Shown piece after piece: positions 1 to 9,334 of a DNA stretch of 64,000 nucleotides. The stretch's first letter is position 1. Each line of letters opens with the position of its first letter. The translations under genes and the position numbers were made by a program. The stretch covers positions 248,001-312,000 of IMG/VR virus record IMGVR_UViG_3300024999_000030; one strand, written 5' to 3'. Below the pieces are notes generated by a model. That model searched no databases and was not told the origin of the DNA. It saw only the letters and a list, made by a program, of their open reading frames with translations.

Positions 1-1
1 C

Positions 2-232
2 ACAAAGCTCGGTGGTGGTGGTGGCACGGACTTTCGGCCCGTGTTTGATTTCTATGAGAAGAAGAATGTGCGCCCGGCCTGTTTAGTTTACTTTACTGAC
101 GGCTATGGGACCTTCCCGAAGGAGCCTCCCGACTACGATGTTATCTGGTGCGTGGTTCCTGGTGGGGTTGGCCCCGACCAGGTTCCTTGGGGTGTTTACG
201 TCCGGACTGAATTCGACAAGGACGAAGAGTAA
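2..232 (+). CDS. C-terminal part of a vWA-like (DUF2201-type) protein, truncated by the window start
   Basis: Frame is open from base 2: TKLGGGGGTDFRPVF...LVYFTDGYG...VIW. GGGT-D-F and FTDG are the vWA motifs also seen at 12652 and 28032. Confidence 0.8.
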   Translation, partial: TKLGGGGGTDFRPVFDFYEKKNVRPACLVYFTDGYGTFPKEPPDYDVIWCVVPGGVGPDQVPWGVYVRTEFDKDEE

Positions 233-239
233 GGAGATG

Positions 240-267
240 AAAGAGGCCCCAGAAATGGGGCCTCTTT
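240..267 (+). terminator. Rho-independent terminator
   Basis: AAAGAGGCCCCA-GAAA-TGGGGCCTCTTT: 12-bp perfect stem with a GAAA tetraloop, just after the stop at 232. Confidence 0.85.
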
Positions 268-280
268 ACTGTTCCAAGAA

Positions 281-511
281 ATGAATATTAAAAATAATTG
301 GGCAACTAGATGTGGATATATACTTGAAATACCCTGGTATAAACATATATATTATTCTTTGAAAATACCCGCTACGATTGATTATGGATTTGTTTCTAAG
401 TCTACCTGGCCCGGAAACCATAATATTGGATTTTATACAGTATATTATGATGGCTGGCATTGGACTTTTCATATTTTGAATTTTTATATTTCAGCGAGTG
501 GATACGACTGA
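281..511 (+). CDS. hypothetical protein
   Basis: 76-aa ORF rich in aromatic residues; no recognised motif. Confidence 0.45.
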   Translation: MNIKNNWATRCGYILEIPWYKHIYYSLKIPATIDYGFVSKSTWPGNHNIGFYTVYYDGWHWTFHILNFYISASGYD

Positions 512-512
512 A

Positions 513-660
513 TTGTCTGTTAGCCGGTCCATTAACCAGAAGATGGCTATGGGGATCGCGTAGACAAAGAGGAGTCCGTTAAAGACAGGGGCGCCCCCGA
601 GGTCCTCGGACCAACCGAGCGGGTTCCGAAGCGCCAGGTCCACAAGAACGATATCCCCAG
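513..660. ncRNA. putative structured non-coding RNA of unknown class
   Basis: GC-rich intergenic island with several complementary segments: TTGTCT513/AGACAA562, TAGCC521/GGCTA545, TGGGGAT550/ATCCCCA653, GGCGC590/GCGCC631, CTCGG605/CCGAG615. Confidence 0.5.
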
Positions 661-693
661 TAATGTTTAAATTTTAGAAAGGAAAAATAAAAC

Positions 694-882
694 ATGTCTG
701 ACCGGTTTATTTATAGTTCCACAGGAGCGGTTCGATACCGCGTTTCGGACCAAGGGGGTAGTATCTTTATATACAACGCTCAAGGTCAATTGGCGTACAG
801 ATATGATAGAGCCACTGACACCACTTATGATGAGACAGGTAAGATAGCTATGCGTGGTTCTATTTTACCAGACCTAACATGA
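694..882 (+). CDS. small hypothetical beta-strand-rich protein
   Basis: SD AAAGGA upstream; internal repeat IYSSTG/IYNAQG/TYDETG. Confidence 0.65.
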   Translation: MSDRFIYSSTGAVRYRVSDQGGSIFIYNAQGQLAYRYDRATDTTYDETGKIAMRGSILPDLT

Positions 883-1076
883 GAGCGATGTGGTGGGGGT
901 ATCTTCATGAAAATGGAACCATCCAAGTGAAAAGATGGTTTGGTGATAATGCGGATTATACTAAAGATTGCCAAAACAATTCCTTTGTTAAGATAGTCAT
1001 ATCTCCATTTGTGGCAGAGAGCCGAGAGAAGGCTATACAGATTGTCATTGAAAAATTAGGATTGGAGAAAAAATAA
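879..1076 (+). CDS. hypothetical protein
   Basis: ATGA overlap with the previous gene; FVAESREKA motif typical of small phage proteins. Confidence 0.7.
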   Translation: MRAMWWGYLHENGTIQVKRWFGDNADYTKDCQNNSFVKIVISPFVAESREKAIQIVIEKLGLEKK

Positions 1077-2020
1077 TGCCTAAAACAGTAACCTGTTTTG
1101 CCTGCAAAGAATGTTTAGAAAACTATACAACTTTTAGAAAGGCAGCTAACTGTGAGAAAAAACACGCCACACAAAAAATAGCCGAACAATCTATAGAACA
1201 AGCATATAAAAATAAGCTGGCTATATCGGATGAGGTTAGACTTAATTCTTCTAGCCTTTGTGAAATAGAAATTAATTTAATTAAATGGATGGAAAAACAC
1301 CATAATCTTCGTTTATCTTTTAAACAAGGAATTGAATCCCTAACTATGGGATGGATAAGTAATTCTCATAATTTCCCCATCAATGGAAAAACTAATTGGT
1401 GCGGTGGGGAGGGGGGACCTAATGGCTACATTGGTTGGAACGGAGAAATCCGGGGTACTTTAAAATCTTTAAGTGGGAAACAATTCGAAAAATATGGTAT
1501 ATATGATATTCTTAGTGATCGTTTTGGTAACAACGAGGAAGCAACACTTAGGGGAATTAATTTAGGTTCCGGGGGCGGGTACAACGAATCTTTTACTTAT
1601 AATTGTAAAATATTTGTTGATGATTTTCCCATTTTAAAAGAAAAGGCTTCTTTAGTTATTACCCAATGGAAACTTAGAAAAAATTATAACAATGAGGTCA
1701 AAAGATTAGATGAAAGCTATCAATGTGGGGTGAAGGATTTATGTAAAATTAATCCTGATCATATGATAGCTGCAAATAGATTGGACAAAGTTGTTTATGA
1801 ACAAAAATTACTAGCCGACGAAAGAGAAAAATTGATAAATAAACTCGCTAATATTAAAGAAAATATTAAGAAACAAGTTCTTGCCGAAAATGAAAATATT
1901 TTACAACCTGACCCCAATAAATTTAAATTTCAATCAAAATTATTTGATGAACTAACTTATGACCTTAATTGTAATTATAATGTGGACTCGGCGTTGTCCG
2001 AAATTATAAGTAAACTTTAA
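1076..2020 (+). CDS. hypothetical protein with N-terminal CxxC and C-terminal coiled coil
   Basis: 314-aa ORF coupled to the previous gene by TAATG. Confidence 0.75.
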   Translation: MPKTVTCFACKECLENYTTFRKAANCEKKHATQKIAEQSIEQAYKNKLAISDEVRLNSSSLCEIEINLIKWMEKHHNLRLSFKQGIESLTMGWISNSHNFPINGKTNWCGGEGGPNGYIGWNGEIRGTLKSLSGKQFEKYGIYDILSDRFGNNEEATLRGINLGSGGGYNESFTYNCKIFVDDFPILKEKASLVITQWKLRKNYNNEVKRLDESYQCGVKDLCKINPDHMIAANRLDKVVYEQKLLADEREKLINKLANIKENIKKQVLAENENILQPDPNKFKFQSKLFDELTYDLNCNYNVDSALSEIISKL

Positions 2021-2061
2021 TTGAGCACTAGAACTAACAAATCAAAGCCAAGGAGAGATAG

Positions 2062-3198
2062 ATGAAGCTACAAACTCTATATTCACGTAGGGGTGATGAA
2101 GGTATTCAAGAGTGGACCATTGAGATTGAGAAAAATAAATATCGAACTATCTCTGGTACACAAGACGGAGAAAAGGTTGTAGCTAAGTGGACTGAATGTC
2201 AAGGTAAGAATATTGGCAGGTCTAATGAAACTACTCCTGAAAAACAAGCAGAATTAGAAGCTCAAGCTAAGTGGCAAAAGAAATGGGATAAAGGATACAG
2301 AGATTCCGTGGACAGCGTGGACTCTCATGGAATGTTCAAGCCAATGTTGGCCCATTCATATAATGATCACAAGAAAAAAGTTTTTAAGACAGGCCGAAAA
2401 GTATTTTCCGATCCCAAGCTTAATGGGATGCGGTGTATAGTTAAAGCTGATGGTATGTGGTCTCGCGGTGGTAAACCAATTGTTTCTTGTCCCCATATCT
2501 TTGAAGAGTTAAAGTCTAGGTTTGATGCTAATCCAGATTTAGTTATTGACGGAGAGCTTTACAATCATAGTCTTAGACATAAACTTAACGAACTAATGGA
2601 GCTGGTTAAGCGCACTAAATGCTCCACAGAAGATTTAGCAAACACCAAGGCTATGGTTAAGCTTTATGTGTATGATGGTGTGGGGGCTGATGGACTAGAT
2701 GAAACAAAGAATTTTTCTGTACGAAAGCCGGCAATTACTACGGCCTTACAGAACCTTAATTTCATCGTAATGGTGGAATCTAGGGAAGTAAAGAAGGTAG
2801 AGGAGTTAGACACAGCCTATAAGGATTTACTGGCAAAAGATTGGGAAGGGCAAATTATTCGTATCGATGCTGCCTATCAACATAAGCGCACTCAATTTCT
2901 ATTGAAACGCAAAGAATTTCAAGATGCAGAATATGTAGTTGCAGACATTCTTGAGGGCGAAGGTAACTGGGCTGGGGCAGCGAAGACTATTGTGTTAATT
3001 AATCCAGAGCCAGACAGACCCGAGGATGTTACTTTTAGAGCCGGTATTAAAGGAGACTTTGCTTATCTTGTTCAGGTTCTTAAAGATAAAGATAAGTACA
3101 TTCACAAAATGGCTACCATTAAATTCTTCGAACTTACTCCCTATAAAGTGCCACAATTTCCCGTGTGCATTGCTTTAGGTAGAGAGGATGGAGACTAA
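2062..3198 (+). CDS. ATP-dependent DNA ligase
   Basis: Motif I PKLNGMR, III DGELY, IIIa YVYD, IV EGQIIR, V LLKRK; C-terminal OB fold ending in PQFP; SD AGGAG. Confidence 0.93.
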   Translation: MKLQTLYSRRGDEGIQEWTIEIEKNKYRTISGTQDGEKVVAKWTECQGKNIGRSNETTPEKQAELEAQAKWQKKWDKGYRDSVDSVDSHGMFKPMLAHSYNDHKKKVFKTGRKVFSDPKLNGMRCIVKADGMWSRGGKPIVSCPHIFEELKSRFDANPDLVIDGELYNHSLRHKLNELMELVKRTKCSTEDLANTKAMVKLYVYDGVGADGLDETKNFSVRKPAITTALQNLNFIVMVESREVKKVEELDTAYKDLLAKDWEGQIIRIDAAYQHKRTQFLLKRKEFQDAEYVVADILEGEGNWAGAAKTIVLINPEPDRPEDVTFRAGIKGDFAYLVQVLKDKDKYIHKMATIKFFELTPYKVPQFPVCIALGREDGD

Positions 3199-3506
3199 TG
3201 AATATAATCGGATCGTTGTTTGTTATTGCTGGTTTAATATGGGGGGCTTGTTATGCCCTTGAATCATATGCTAAGGGCGTGAATAATAAAACAGCTATTT
3301 TTATTATTCTTAATATATTCTTTTGGTGGATTGCTATACCGATAAAAATGTGTGACGGTTCTTGGTTTGAAAAAGATATGAAAGATGAATATGATTTCTC
3401 AGATGGTATTCGCGGTAAGGCTCGTGGTAAAACTAACGACATTTATATTAACGACATTTATATACCGCTAGAGGACGAGAATAATGGGCAGAAAGAAAGA
3501 GATTAA
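3198..3506 (+). CDS. small membrane protein with a C-terminal segment resembling the N-terminus of BrnA/CopG-type antitoxins
   Basis: Two hydrophobic segments followed by MKDEYDFSDGIRGK. Confidence 0.55.
   Translation: MNIIGSLFVIAGLIWGACYALESYAKGVNNKTAIFIILNIFFWWIAIPIKMCDGSWFEKDMKDEYDFSDGIRGKARGKTNDIYINDIYIPLEDENNGQKERD
3434..3463 (+). repeat. perfect 15-bp tandem duplication
   Basis: TAACGACATTTATAT x2, encoding NDIYI-NDIYI in frame. Confidence 0.95.
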
Positions 3507-4113
3507 TAGATTCTTGGTTGTGAGGGCGGAGCCTGGTGATAAAATATATACCACCATTCATAGTGGGCCCTATGATACTATCTCCGAAGCTAAGATTGCA
3601 CAAACTAAATGGTTTTTAGAGTGGACGCAAAGTAGCCAAATAGTTCAAGTAAAAACTACTGTTTCTCATTATGATTCATCTGTTTATTTAACCGGACTTA
3701 CTAATAAACTTAATATATTTTTATCTGAACCAACTGTTTCTAATTGGAAAACTCTTCATAAGTTCGCTAAAATTTCATGTTGGGTAAGAGATAGTAGAAA
3801 ACTTTGTCAATGCCCCAATGAAACCACAGCAGGCGTGGGACTTAATTCATGGTCAAATACTGATTGCACTCGTTGTTCTTATAATATTAAAAAGAACAAC
3901 ACTATAAATGATTTTACTAATTTCTTTAATACATTTGAAGACAAAAGATTTAGACAGGTAGGAGTGGAAAATCCCATGGATTTTCCATGGTCACGGTGCA
4001 TGATTAATATTATTGCTCAGATTGATAGAGTTAATAAAAAGAATATGGGGGCCTTAGTTAAACTCGGCCTATCATTATCTAGTGTTTTACAAACGCCACC
4101 TAAGTATATCTAG
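3484..4113 (+). CDS. Cys-rich paralog family member 1
   Basis: FLSEPTVSNW, CTRCSY, C-terminal LSLSSVLQTPP. Confidence 0.75.
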   Translation: MGRKKEINRFLVVRAEPGDKIYTTIHSGPYDTISEAKIAQTKWFLEWTQSSQIVQVKTTVSHYDSSVYLTGLTNKLNIFLSEPTVSNWKTLHKFAKISCWVRDSRKLCQCPNETTAGVGLNSWSNTDCTRCSYNIKKNNTINDFTNFFNTFEDKRFRQVGVENPMDFPWSRCMINIIAQIDRVNKKNMGALVKLGLSLSSVLQTPPKYI

Positions 4114-4121
4114 GAGGATAA

Positions 4122-4751
4122 ATGACTAGGGGTAAGGACACACATTATGTTATATTAGAGTTTTCCAATCCTGAGGCCACTTGGGTTTCAAATAGCTATA
4201 TGGTACATGGGGATGAGGCTAGAGATAAAGCTATAGAAAAACTAAAACGTAAAATTATTTGTCATTTAGTTGTCCCCATTCTTAAAAAAGATTTAAATAA
4301 TTCTATAGCTGAAAGTAGAAAAAACTTTTTTACAATATTGCAAACAACTTTAGAAAACACTATTGTTAATCCTCAAGTAAAAAACATTACTTCATTTCTA
4401 TCTGATCTTAGATATTTTGTATCTTTATATGATAATGTAAAGCGCGAGTTTATTCATTGTGAGAAGATTAATTGTAAGAATTGCACATGGAAAAACAATT
4501 CCGTGACCTCTTCTATGTGCGTGGAAATGTTAGAAAAAACTGGAAAGATCCCTGTAAATTCTTGGAATAGAAATTATGTTATTAATAATATTCAAAATAC
4601 TGGTTGCACCTTAAGTGCGATTAATTCAATGATGTTACAGTTTAAAATTAGTCGTATCAGAAAAGAACACATTAGTTTATTCTTACCAATTTTAATGTCT
4701 CTTCGTGCAACCATACAGGATAAGCCTCAAAGCTTAAAGGAGTCTAAATGA
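4122..4751 (+). CDS. Cys-rich paralog family member 2
   Basis: IVNPQVKN, CKNCTW, C-terminal LMSLRATIQDKP; SD GGAGG. Confidence 0.75.
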   Translation: MTRGKDTHYVILEFSNPEATWVSNSYMVHGDEARDKAIEKLKRKIICHLVVPILKKDLNNSIAESRKNFFTILQTTLENTIVNPQVKNITSFLSDLRYFVSLYDNVKREFIHCEKINCKNCTWKNNSVTSSMCVEMLEKTGKIPVNSWNRNYVINNIQNTGCTLSAINSMMLQFKISRIRKEHISLFLPILMSLRATIQDKPQSLKESK

Positions 4752-5443
4752 ATTCTCCAATGTTCATAGTAATTGAATTTAAAGCTCCGCGCAGTAGCTG
4801 GGTTAAACAGGTACATGGACCGATAAGTGCTGAATCAGCAAAAGCATTATGTGCTCAATTGAAGGAAAAATATATTTGGCATACAATTATTAATGTTGAT
4901 GATGTTGCTAATTCCATTCCAGGGGCGGGTATTTTCAGAGAAGAACTTATTAATTTGGTACAAACTGCTATTGATAAACCCATTCTTAATAATATTAAGG
5001 CAGTTACAAGACACCTTAGGGGCTTTAAACGTAATGATTGGGGAGATACCGGTGAAGAAATAGATATGTTAAACTGTCCAACCAAAACAAAAAATAACCC
5101 TAAAGGTATTATAGAGTTACCAGACTGTGATCATTGCTCTTATCATGACATTATGATTAGTTTTGCTCCGTCTTTAAATAGTCTAATTGATACATTTGCA
5201 CCAGCATATAAAAATCAAGGCTTAAAAGCCGTTGCACTTGGAAATGCTTATTACTGTAAGTGTTCATTACATGCGGCAAAAGTAGTGCTTGGAGACATAG
5301 GAGTTTCAAAACTTAATGCTACAAATGTGGGCCCGTTTATGGCGATGTTATTAAGTTTAAAAGTAATTTTAGATAATCCCCCAATAAGGACTTCAGAAAG
5401 TGAGGAGTCAGGTGACAGTGACGACAAAAAAATCCAAAGTTAA
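4748..5443 (+). CDS. Cys-rich paralog family member 3
   Basis: IDKPILNN, CDHCSY, LLSLKVILDNPP. Confidence 0.75.
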   Translation: MNSPMFIVIEFKAPRSSWVKQVHGPISAESAKALCAQLKEKYIWHTIINVDDVANSIPGAGIFREELINLVQTAIDKPILNNIKAVTRHLRGFKRNDWGDTGEEIDMLNCPTKTKNNPKGIIELPDCDHCSYHDIMISFAPSLNSLIDTFAPAYKNQGLKAVALGNAYYCKCSLHAAKVVLGDIGVSKLNATNVGPFMAMLLSLKVILDNPPIRTSESEESGDSDDKKIQS

Positions 5444-6254
5444 AAAGAAAATCGCACCAAAATATCCCACCAAAGCCGAAGATAGACTTATAACCCTCTG
5501 GCTAGAAGACGATGAAGAAGTAGAATATCATGAACCATACACCAAAAGTATAAACGGTGGGGTATGTGGAGCCTTTAGAATTACTGAATTTAAAAACCAA
5601 AAAGAACAAACAGAATGGTTGTCTATTTTAGATGAGCGGGGCACTTTTCATTTTGACATTCCATCTTCGTCTAATAGTATTTTAAATGTGTTTAAACGAA
5701 GTATGGACGCCTTTATTAGTAATCCTACTCCAGAAACATTAATACTTATGTCAATGGTAAATCTCAATTGGACTGAAGATAATGATACGGTTGATGACAG
5801 CCTTGTGGGGGTAAAGTTTGGATGTTTTTGTACTGCTAGGGGTGATGTAGATAAAGTCTGTAAACATTGTGACTATCGTTCTTTTTATAAATCTACTATA
5901 GCTGTGTGTACTAAAATTGGAGAAGCTTGTTATAGTGTTAGTAAAGATCTAAAGGAAATGAATTACAATGATACATTTGATTTTGATAATTGGCTTGATA
6001 TGTGTTTAGATAATTCCCTTGACTTAGGTAGTAGTTGTTCAGCTGTAATGATAGCTTTAACCATTCAAGCGTGTGCCATGGAAGTACAATGTCAGGCTTG
6101 GACGCCATCTCGTCCAATTGGAAAAAAAATAAAGAAGGGGCATCGAGACTATTTAAATAATGTAATTCCATTAGTACTACCACATATTATGTGTTTAAGA
6201 ACTCTACTTGAGAATCCCCCCTCGATGTCTATCTTCAGGCCAAAAAATGAATAA
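5400..6254 (+). CDS. Cys-rich paralog family member 4 (start uncertain)
   Basis: FISNPTPET, CKHCDY, IMCLRTLLENPP. Confidence 0.75.
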   Translation: MRSQVTVTTKKSKVKKKIAPKYPTKAEDRLITLWLEDDEEVEYHEPYTKSINGGVCGAFRITEFKNQKEQTEWLSILDERGTFHFDIPSSSNSILNVFKRSMDAFISNPTPETLILMSMVNLNWTEDNDTVDDSLVGVKFGCFCTARGDVDKVCKHCDYRSFYKSTIAVCTKIGEACYSVSKDLKEMNYNDTFDFDNWLDMCLDNSLDLGSSCSAVMIALTIQACAMEVQCQAWTPSRPIGKKIKKGHRDYLNNVIPLVLPHIMCLRTLLENPPSMSIFRPKNE

Positions 6255-6918
6255 ACAATTTTATATTGCGGAAGTGGGCAGCGATGGGATTCTTTATAGA
6301 AGTGAAGGCCCCTTCATTGAAAACGAATTAAATGAAAGAATTAATAAACTTAATGCTGAATATAAAAAATATATAGTCTTTAATTCAGATTCAATTCAAT
6401 ATCCAAAAACTATATTTAGAGAAGATTTTAAAAAAGCAATTGAATTATTTGTAGAAACGCCAGACTATAATAATGCTAGAGAAGTATTTAAATTGCTTCG
6501 GCTAACCGGAAATTTTTTATGGGGTTGGGGTGAGGATAGAAGAGAAATACTTCGTTGTGCAGGTATAAATAATGAATGTACCTCCTGTTCTTATACGATA
6601 ACAACTCCAACAATTCTATCTACACTTAAAGTTGTTATAGATCAGGTTGGAAAAAACGGAAGCAATGTAGAGTGGGATAGTGCATGGTCAGAATATGAAT
6701 ATGAAACTGACGGTGATGCTTATCGTCCTCCCTTAAGATATTGTCCTATTGCTGTAATGGCAAGAGTCGCCACCATGATTAATCTTACTAAAATTAGTAC
6801 AGATAAGCTAGGCGTTCTAATTCCTACCATGTTAATGCTTTTACCAGTATTATCTGATGACCCGTATACAATAAAGAAGGTTAGGAATAAACGTAAAGTT
6901 AAAAAGGATGTAACTTAA
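6247..6918 (+). CDS. Cys-rich paralog family member 5
   Basis: FVETPDYNN, CTSCSY, MLMLLPVLSDDP; ATG 6247 overlaps the end of the previous gene. Confidence 0.75.
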   Translation: MNKQFYIAEVGSDGILYRSEGPFIENELNERINKLNAEYKKYIVFNSDSIQYPKTIFREDFKKAIELFVETPDYNNAREVFKLLRLTGNFLWGWGEDRREILRCAGINNECTSCSYTITTPTILSTLKVVIDQVGKNGSNVEWDSAWSEYEYETDGDAYRPPLRYCPIAVMARVATMINLTKISTDKLGVLIPTMLMLLPVLSDDPYTIKKVRNKRKVKKDVT

Positions 6919-6936
6919 AAGTTTAAAGGAGTATAA

Positions 6937-7188
6937 ATGAAACCTACAAAAAATCAAGAAGCTTTGGATATTGGTATTTCTTATGCTTTTAGAATGTGGC
7001 ATGATCTCGAAGAAGCTTTTAGTGAAAATACTCTATACGGAGATAAATGGACAGCAGAGAAAATTAGAGATTCCATAGCTCAAGACTTATCTTTTTCAAT
7101 GCCTTGTACTGATAGGCAGCGTAAGGTGGCAGGGTATGCTGCTTGGGTAACTTGGAAGCAATTACAAAACAAAAGGGGTGGAGCGTAA
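6937..7188 (+). CDS. hypothetical protein
   Basis: SD AAGGAG; 83 aa. Confidence 0.7.
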   Translation: MKPTKNQEALDIGISYAFRMWHDLEEAFSENTLYGDKWTAEKIRDSIAQDLSFSMPCTDRQRKVAGYAAWVTWKQLQNKRGGA

Positions 7189-8283
7189 ATGAACGGTATG
7201 GTGTTGCCAAATGAAATCGTCACCATTGACAAGAAAGACATCAAACACTGTAAGGTGCCAAAGAAAGCCACCCCGATGTTAAAAAATTATCCTAGTGATA
7301 AAGTATTTGCTAGGGTTAATTTCATTGATGAAGAGGGTATTGGTATTTTACTTATGGTTCCCATGTTAGAGGGAGAAAATGTAGTGGGAACTGTTGATAC
7401 TGGTATTCAACTCTTGGTTCCCCATAAGAAAGCGGAACGGGTGTTGGGTAAATTTTATGGTACTGATTTTGGTACTGTGGATTCTCTTCCTGATGCCATT
7501 CATATTCCCAGCCGAGATATCCCCGCCTCCGTTAAAGTACATCGCCCTGGAGATGTGAGCCTTAAATTTACTTCTTTACTCACTGAAAACATTGCCGCTG
7601 TGGCAAATCAAATTAAAAATGGCTCTAATCCTATGGCTCGTATTATGGTTTTCGGTGGAATAGGTTCTGGTAAAACAACTCTCGCAGAAACTCTTTTTAG
7701 TTCCATTGGGACTCCATATGTTATTATCAATCAACATTGGTGGGCCGCTCTTCCTTTTGAAGATTTAATCGGTGGGCTTAATTTCATGGCGGCCACCGGT
7801 GCAGAAAGAAAATTTGGAATTGTATTGGATAATCTAGATGAGCTAGTGGCTAGCACTAGTATTGGTTTAGGTCCTGATGGACACAATGTAAGTAGCGATA
7901 AAACTGCGGCCATCCTTTTACATCTATCTCGTATCTTTCGTTTATTTGAAGGTACAATTATTGTGACTACGTCTGGCATTGCTGACCTGGGACATCTTAA
8001 CACTCAGACTCAATACTTCTTCAATTTAAGTCTTAGTGAAGCAGAGCGAGCTAACTTTTGGGAAATGATATGTCCCACCGCAACTAAAATGAAAGCTGAA
8101 ATTGCAAGAGAAGATTTACCAATCAGCTTGATGTGCGCCTTACTTAAACAAGCTGAAGCTATTGGCGTTCTACATAAACGTAAGCACCCCTCTGAAGATG
8201 ACGTAAGAATTGCTCTGCAATGTTTTGGCAAAAAAGAAGAGGGGCAACAAACTGGATTCAATGCTAAGCAACATTCCGAATAG
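7189..8283 (+). CDS. divergent AAA+ ATPase
   Basis: Walker A GGIGSGKTT; Walker B-like IVLDNLD with Asn in place of the catalytic Glu; IIVTTS at the sensor-1 position. Confidence 0.7.
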   Translation: MNGMVLPNEIVTIDKKDIKHCKVPKKATPMLKNYPSDKVFARVNFIDEEGIGILLMVPMLEGENVVGTVDTGIQLLVPHKKAERVLGKFYGTDFGTVDSLPDAIHIPSRDIPASVKVHRPGDVSLKFTSLLTENIAAVANQIKNGSNPMARIMVFGGIGSGKTTLAETLFSSIGTPYVIINQHWWAALPFEDLIGGLNFMAATGAERKFGIVLDNLDELVASTSIGLGPDGHNVSSDKTAAILLHLSRIFRLFEGTIIVTTSGIADLGHLNTQTQYFFNLSLSEAERANFWEMICPTATKMKAEIAREDLPISLMCALLKQAEAIGVLHKRKHPSEDDVRIALQCFGKKEEGQQTGFNAKQHSE

Positions 8284-8365
8284 AGAATTAAATGTCAATA
8301 AAAAAGGTGTGGAAGATACTGGTTCTTCTTGTAGTGTTCGTAGAAATGGATGTTAGGAGATAAAA

Positions 8366-8647
8366 ATGAAAGCTAAAAGCAGATATTTTATTAATGATTT
8401 TACGCCTTGCGTCGGAAGAATTATTACATTTAATGTAGATGTGGCTCACTCTGGACAGGACGAGGAAACCCAGAGCCCCCTTCTTTTACTGCGAGAGGTA
8501 AAAGAAACTGGCGATGGACATTTTGTTTTGGTTGGTGTAAACTTAAAAAGGATTGAAGACCTAAAAACAATGGACCATAAAACCGCTCCATTCAGATCCT
8601 TTAGAGTAGATCGTATTGAGTTTGGGTCATTAAAAGTAGTAGTATAA
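8366..8647 (+). CDS. WYL-like / SH3-fold small protein
   Basis: C-terminal FRSFRVDRI matches the WYL-domain RxFRxDRI signature. Confidence 0.55.
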   Translation: MKAKSRYFINDFTPCVGRIITFNVDVAHSGQDEETQSPLLLLREVKETGDGHFVLVGVNLKRIEDLKTMDHKTAPFRSFRVDRIEFGSLKVVV

Positions 8648-9291
8648 TGAGCAAGAAAAAACAATTAACTGTGGATCAGTTAGAAATAAAAATTGAAGAG
8701 CTTAATACTAAAAGAAAGGAACTCTTTGAACAAAGGGACCCAATTGACAAACAACTTGTACTAACTTATAATCGAATTAAAAAACTTGAAAATGAAAGAG
8801 ATGAGTTAATACTTGCAACAAGCGCAACTCCATCCTGGCCCTTTCTTTTAGAGGAGACTGGAACTTCTTCTGGTATAAGACATGAGGCCGCCGAAAAAGA
8901 GTTTGCAAAAATTGGCTTACAAATAAGTGGTTATCATCCCACTATTAACCAACGTGGTCTGGAAATTAAAATTGGTTTTCTTAATACTAATGATGTTGAT
9001 AGTGTTTTAGTTGGATTGGAAACTATTACACCATTTCTAAAACCAATTAATAATGTATATCTGTTTGGAATTTTTGAACATACCCTCGCCGAAAACGGTG
9101 TATATAATTTAATTTTATCTACAGTTGGAGAAAAATGTAAAATTACTAAAACCACGCACGGTCATGAATCAGATGTTATGAAATTTAACACCTGGAGGAA
9201 AGCTTTAACATATGTTTCTAAAGTGTTGTGGTATGGTGGATATCCAAGTGGAAAAAACGATAACGATAACGAAGAAGATGAAGAAGATTAA
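8647..9291 (+). CDS. hypothetical protein with N-terminal coiled coil
   Basis: 214-aa ORF, TAATG-coupled, acidic tail. Confidence 0.75.
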   Translation: MSKKKQLTVDQLEIKIEELNTKRKELFEQRDPIDKQLVLTYNRIKKLENERDELILATSATPSWPFLLEETGTSSGIRHEAAEKEFAKIGLQISGYHPTINQRGLEIKIGFLNTNDVDSVLVGLETITPFLKPINNVYLFGIFEHTLAENGVYNLILSTVGEKCKITKTTHGHESDVMKFNTWRKALTYVSKVLWYGGYPSGKNDNDNEEDEED

Positions 9292-9334
9292 ATTAACGAT
9301 ATTGTAGGTTTGCTATTAACATTATCCTTTATTA

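Noticed and set aside
568-655. RNase P or SRP RNA identity for the structured element (GAGGAGTCCG; CCAGGTCC)
   Set aside because: Only partial resemblance: no GAGGAAAGUCC/P4 complement, far too short for RNase P, and no GGAA-GGAAGCAGC SRP loop.
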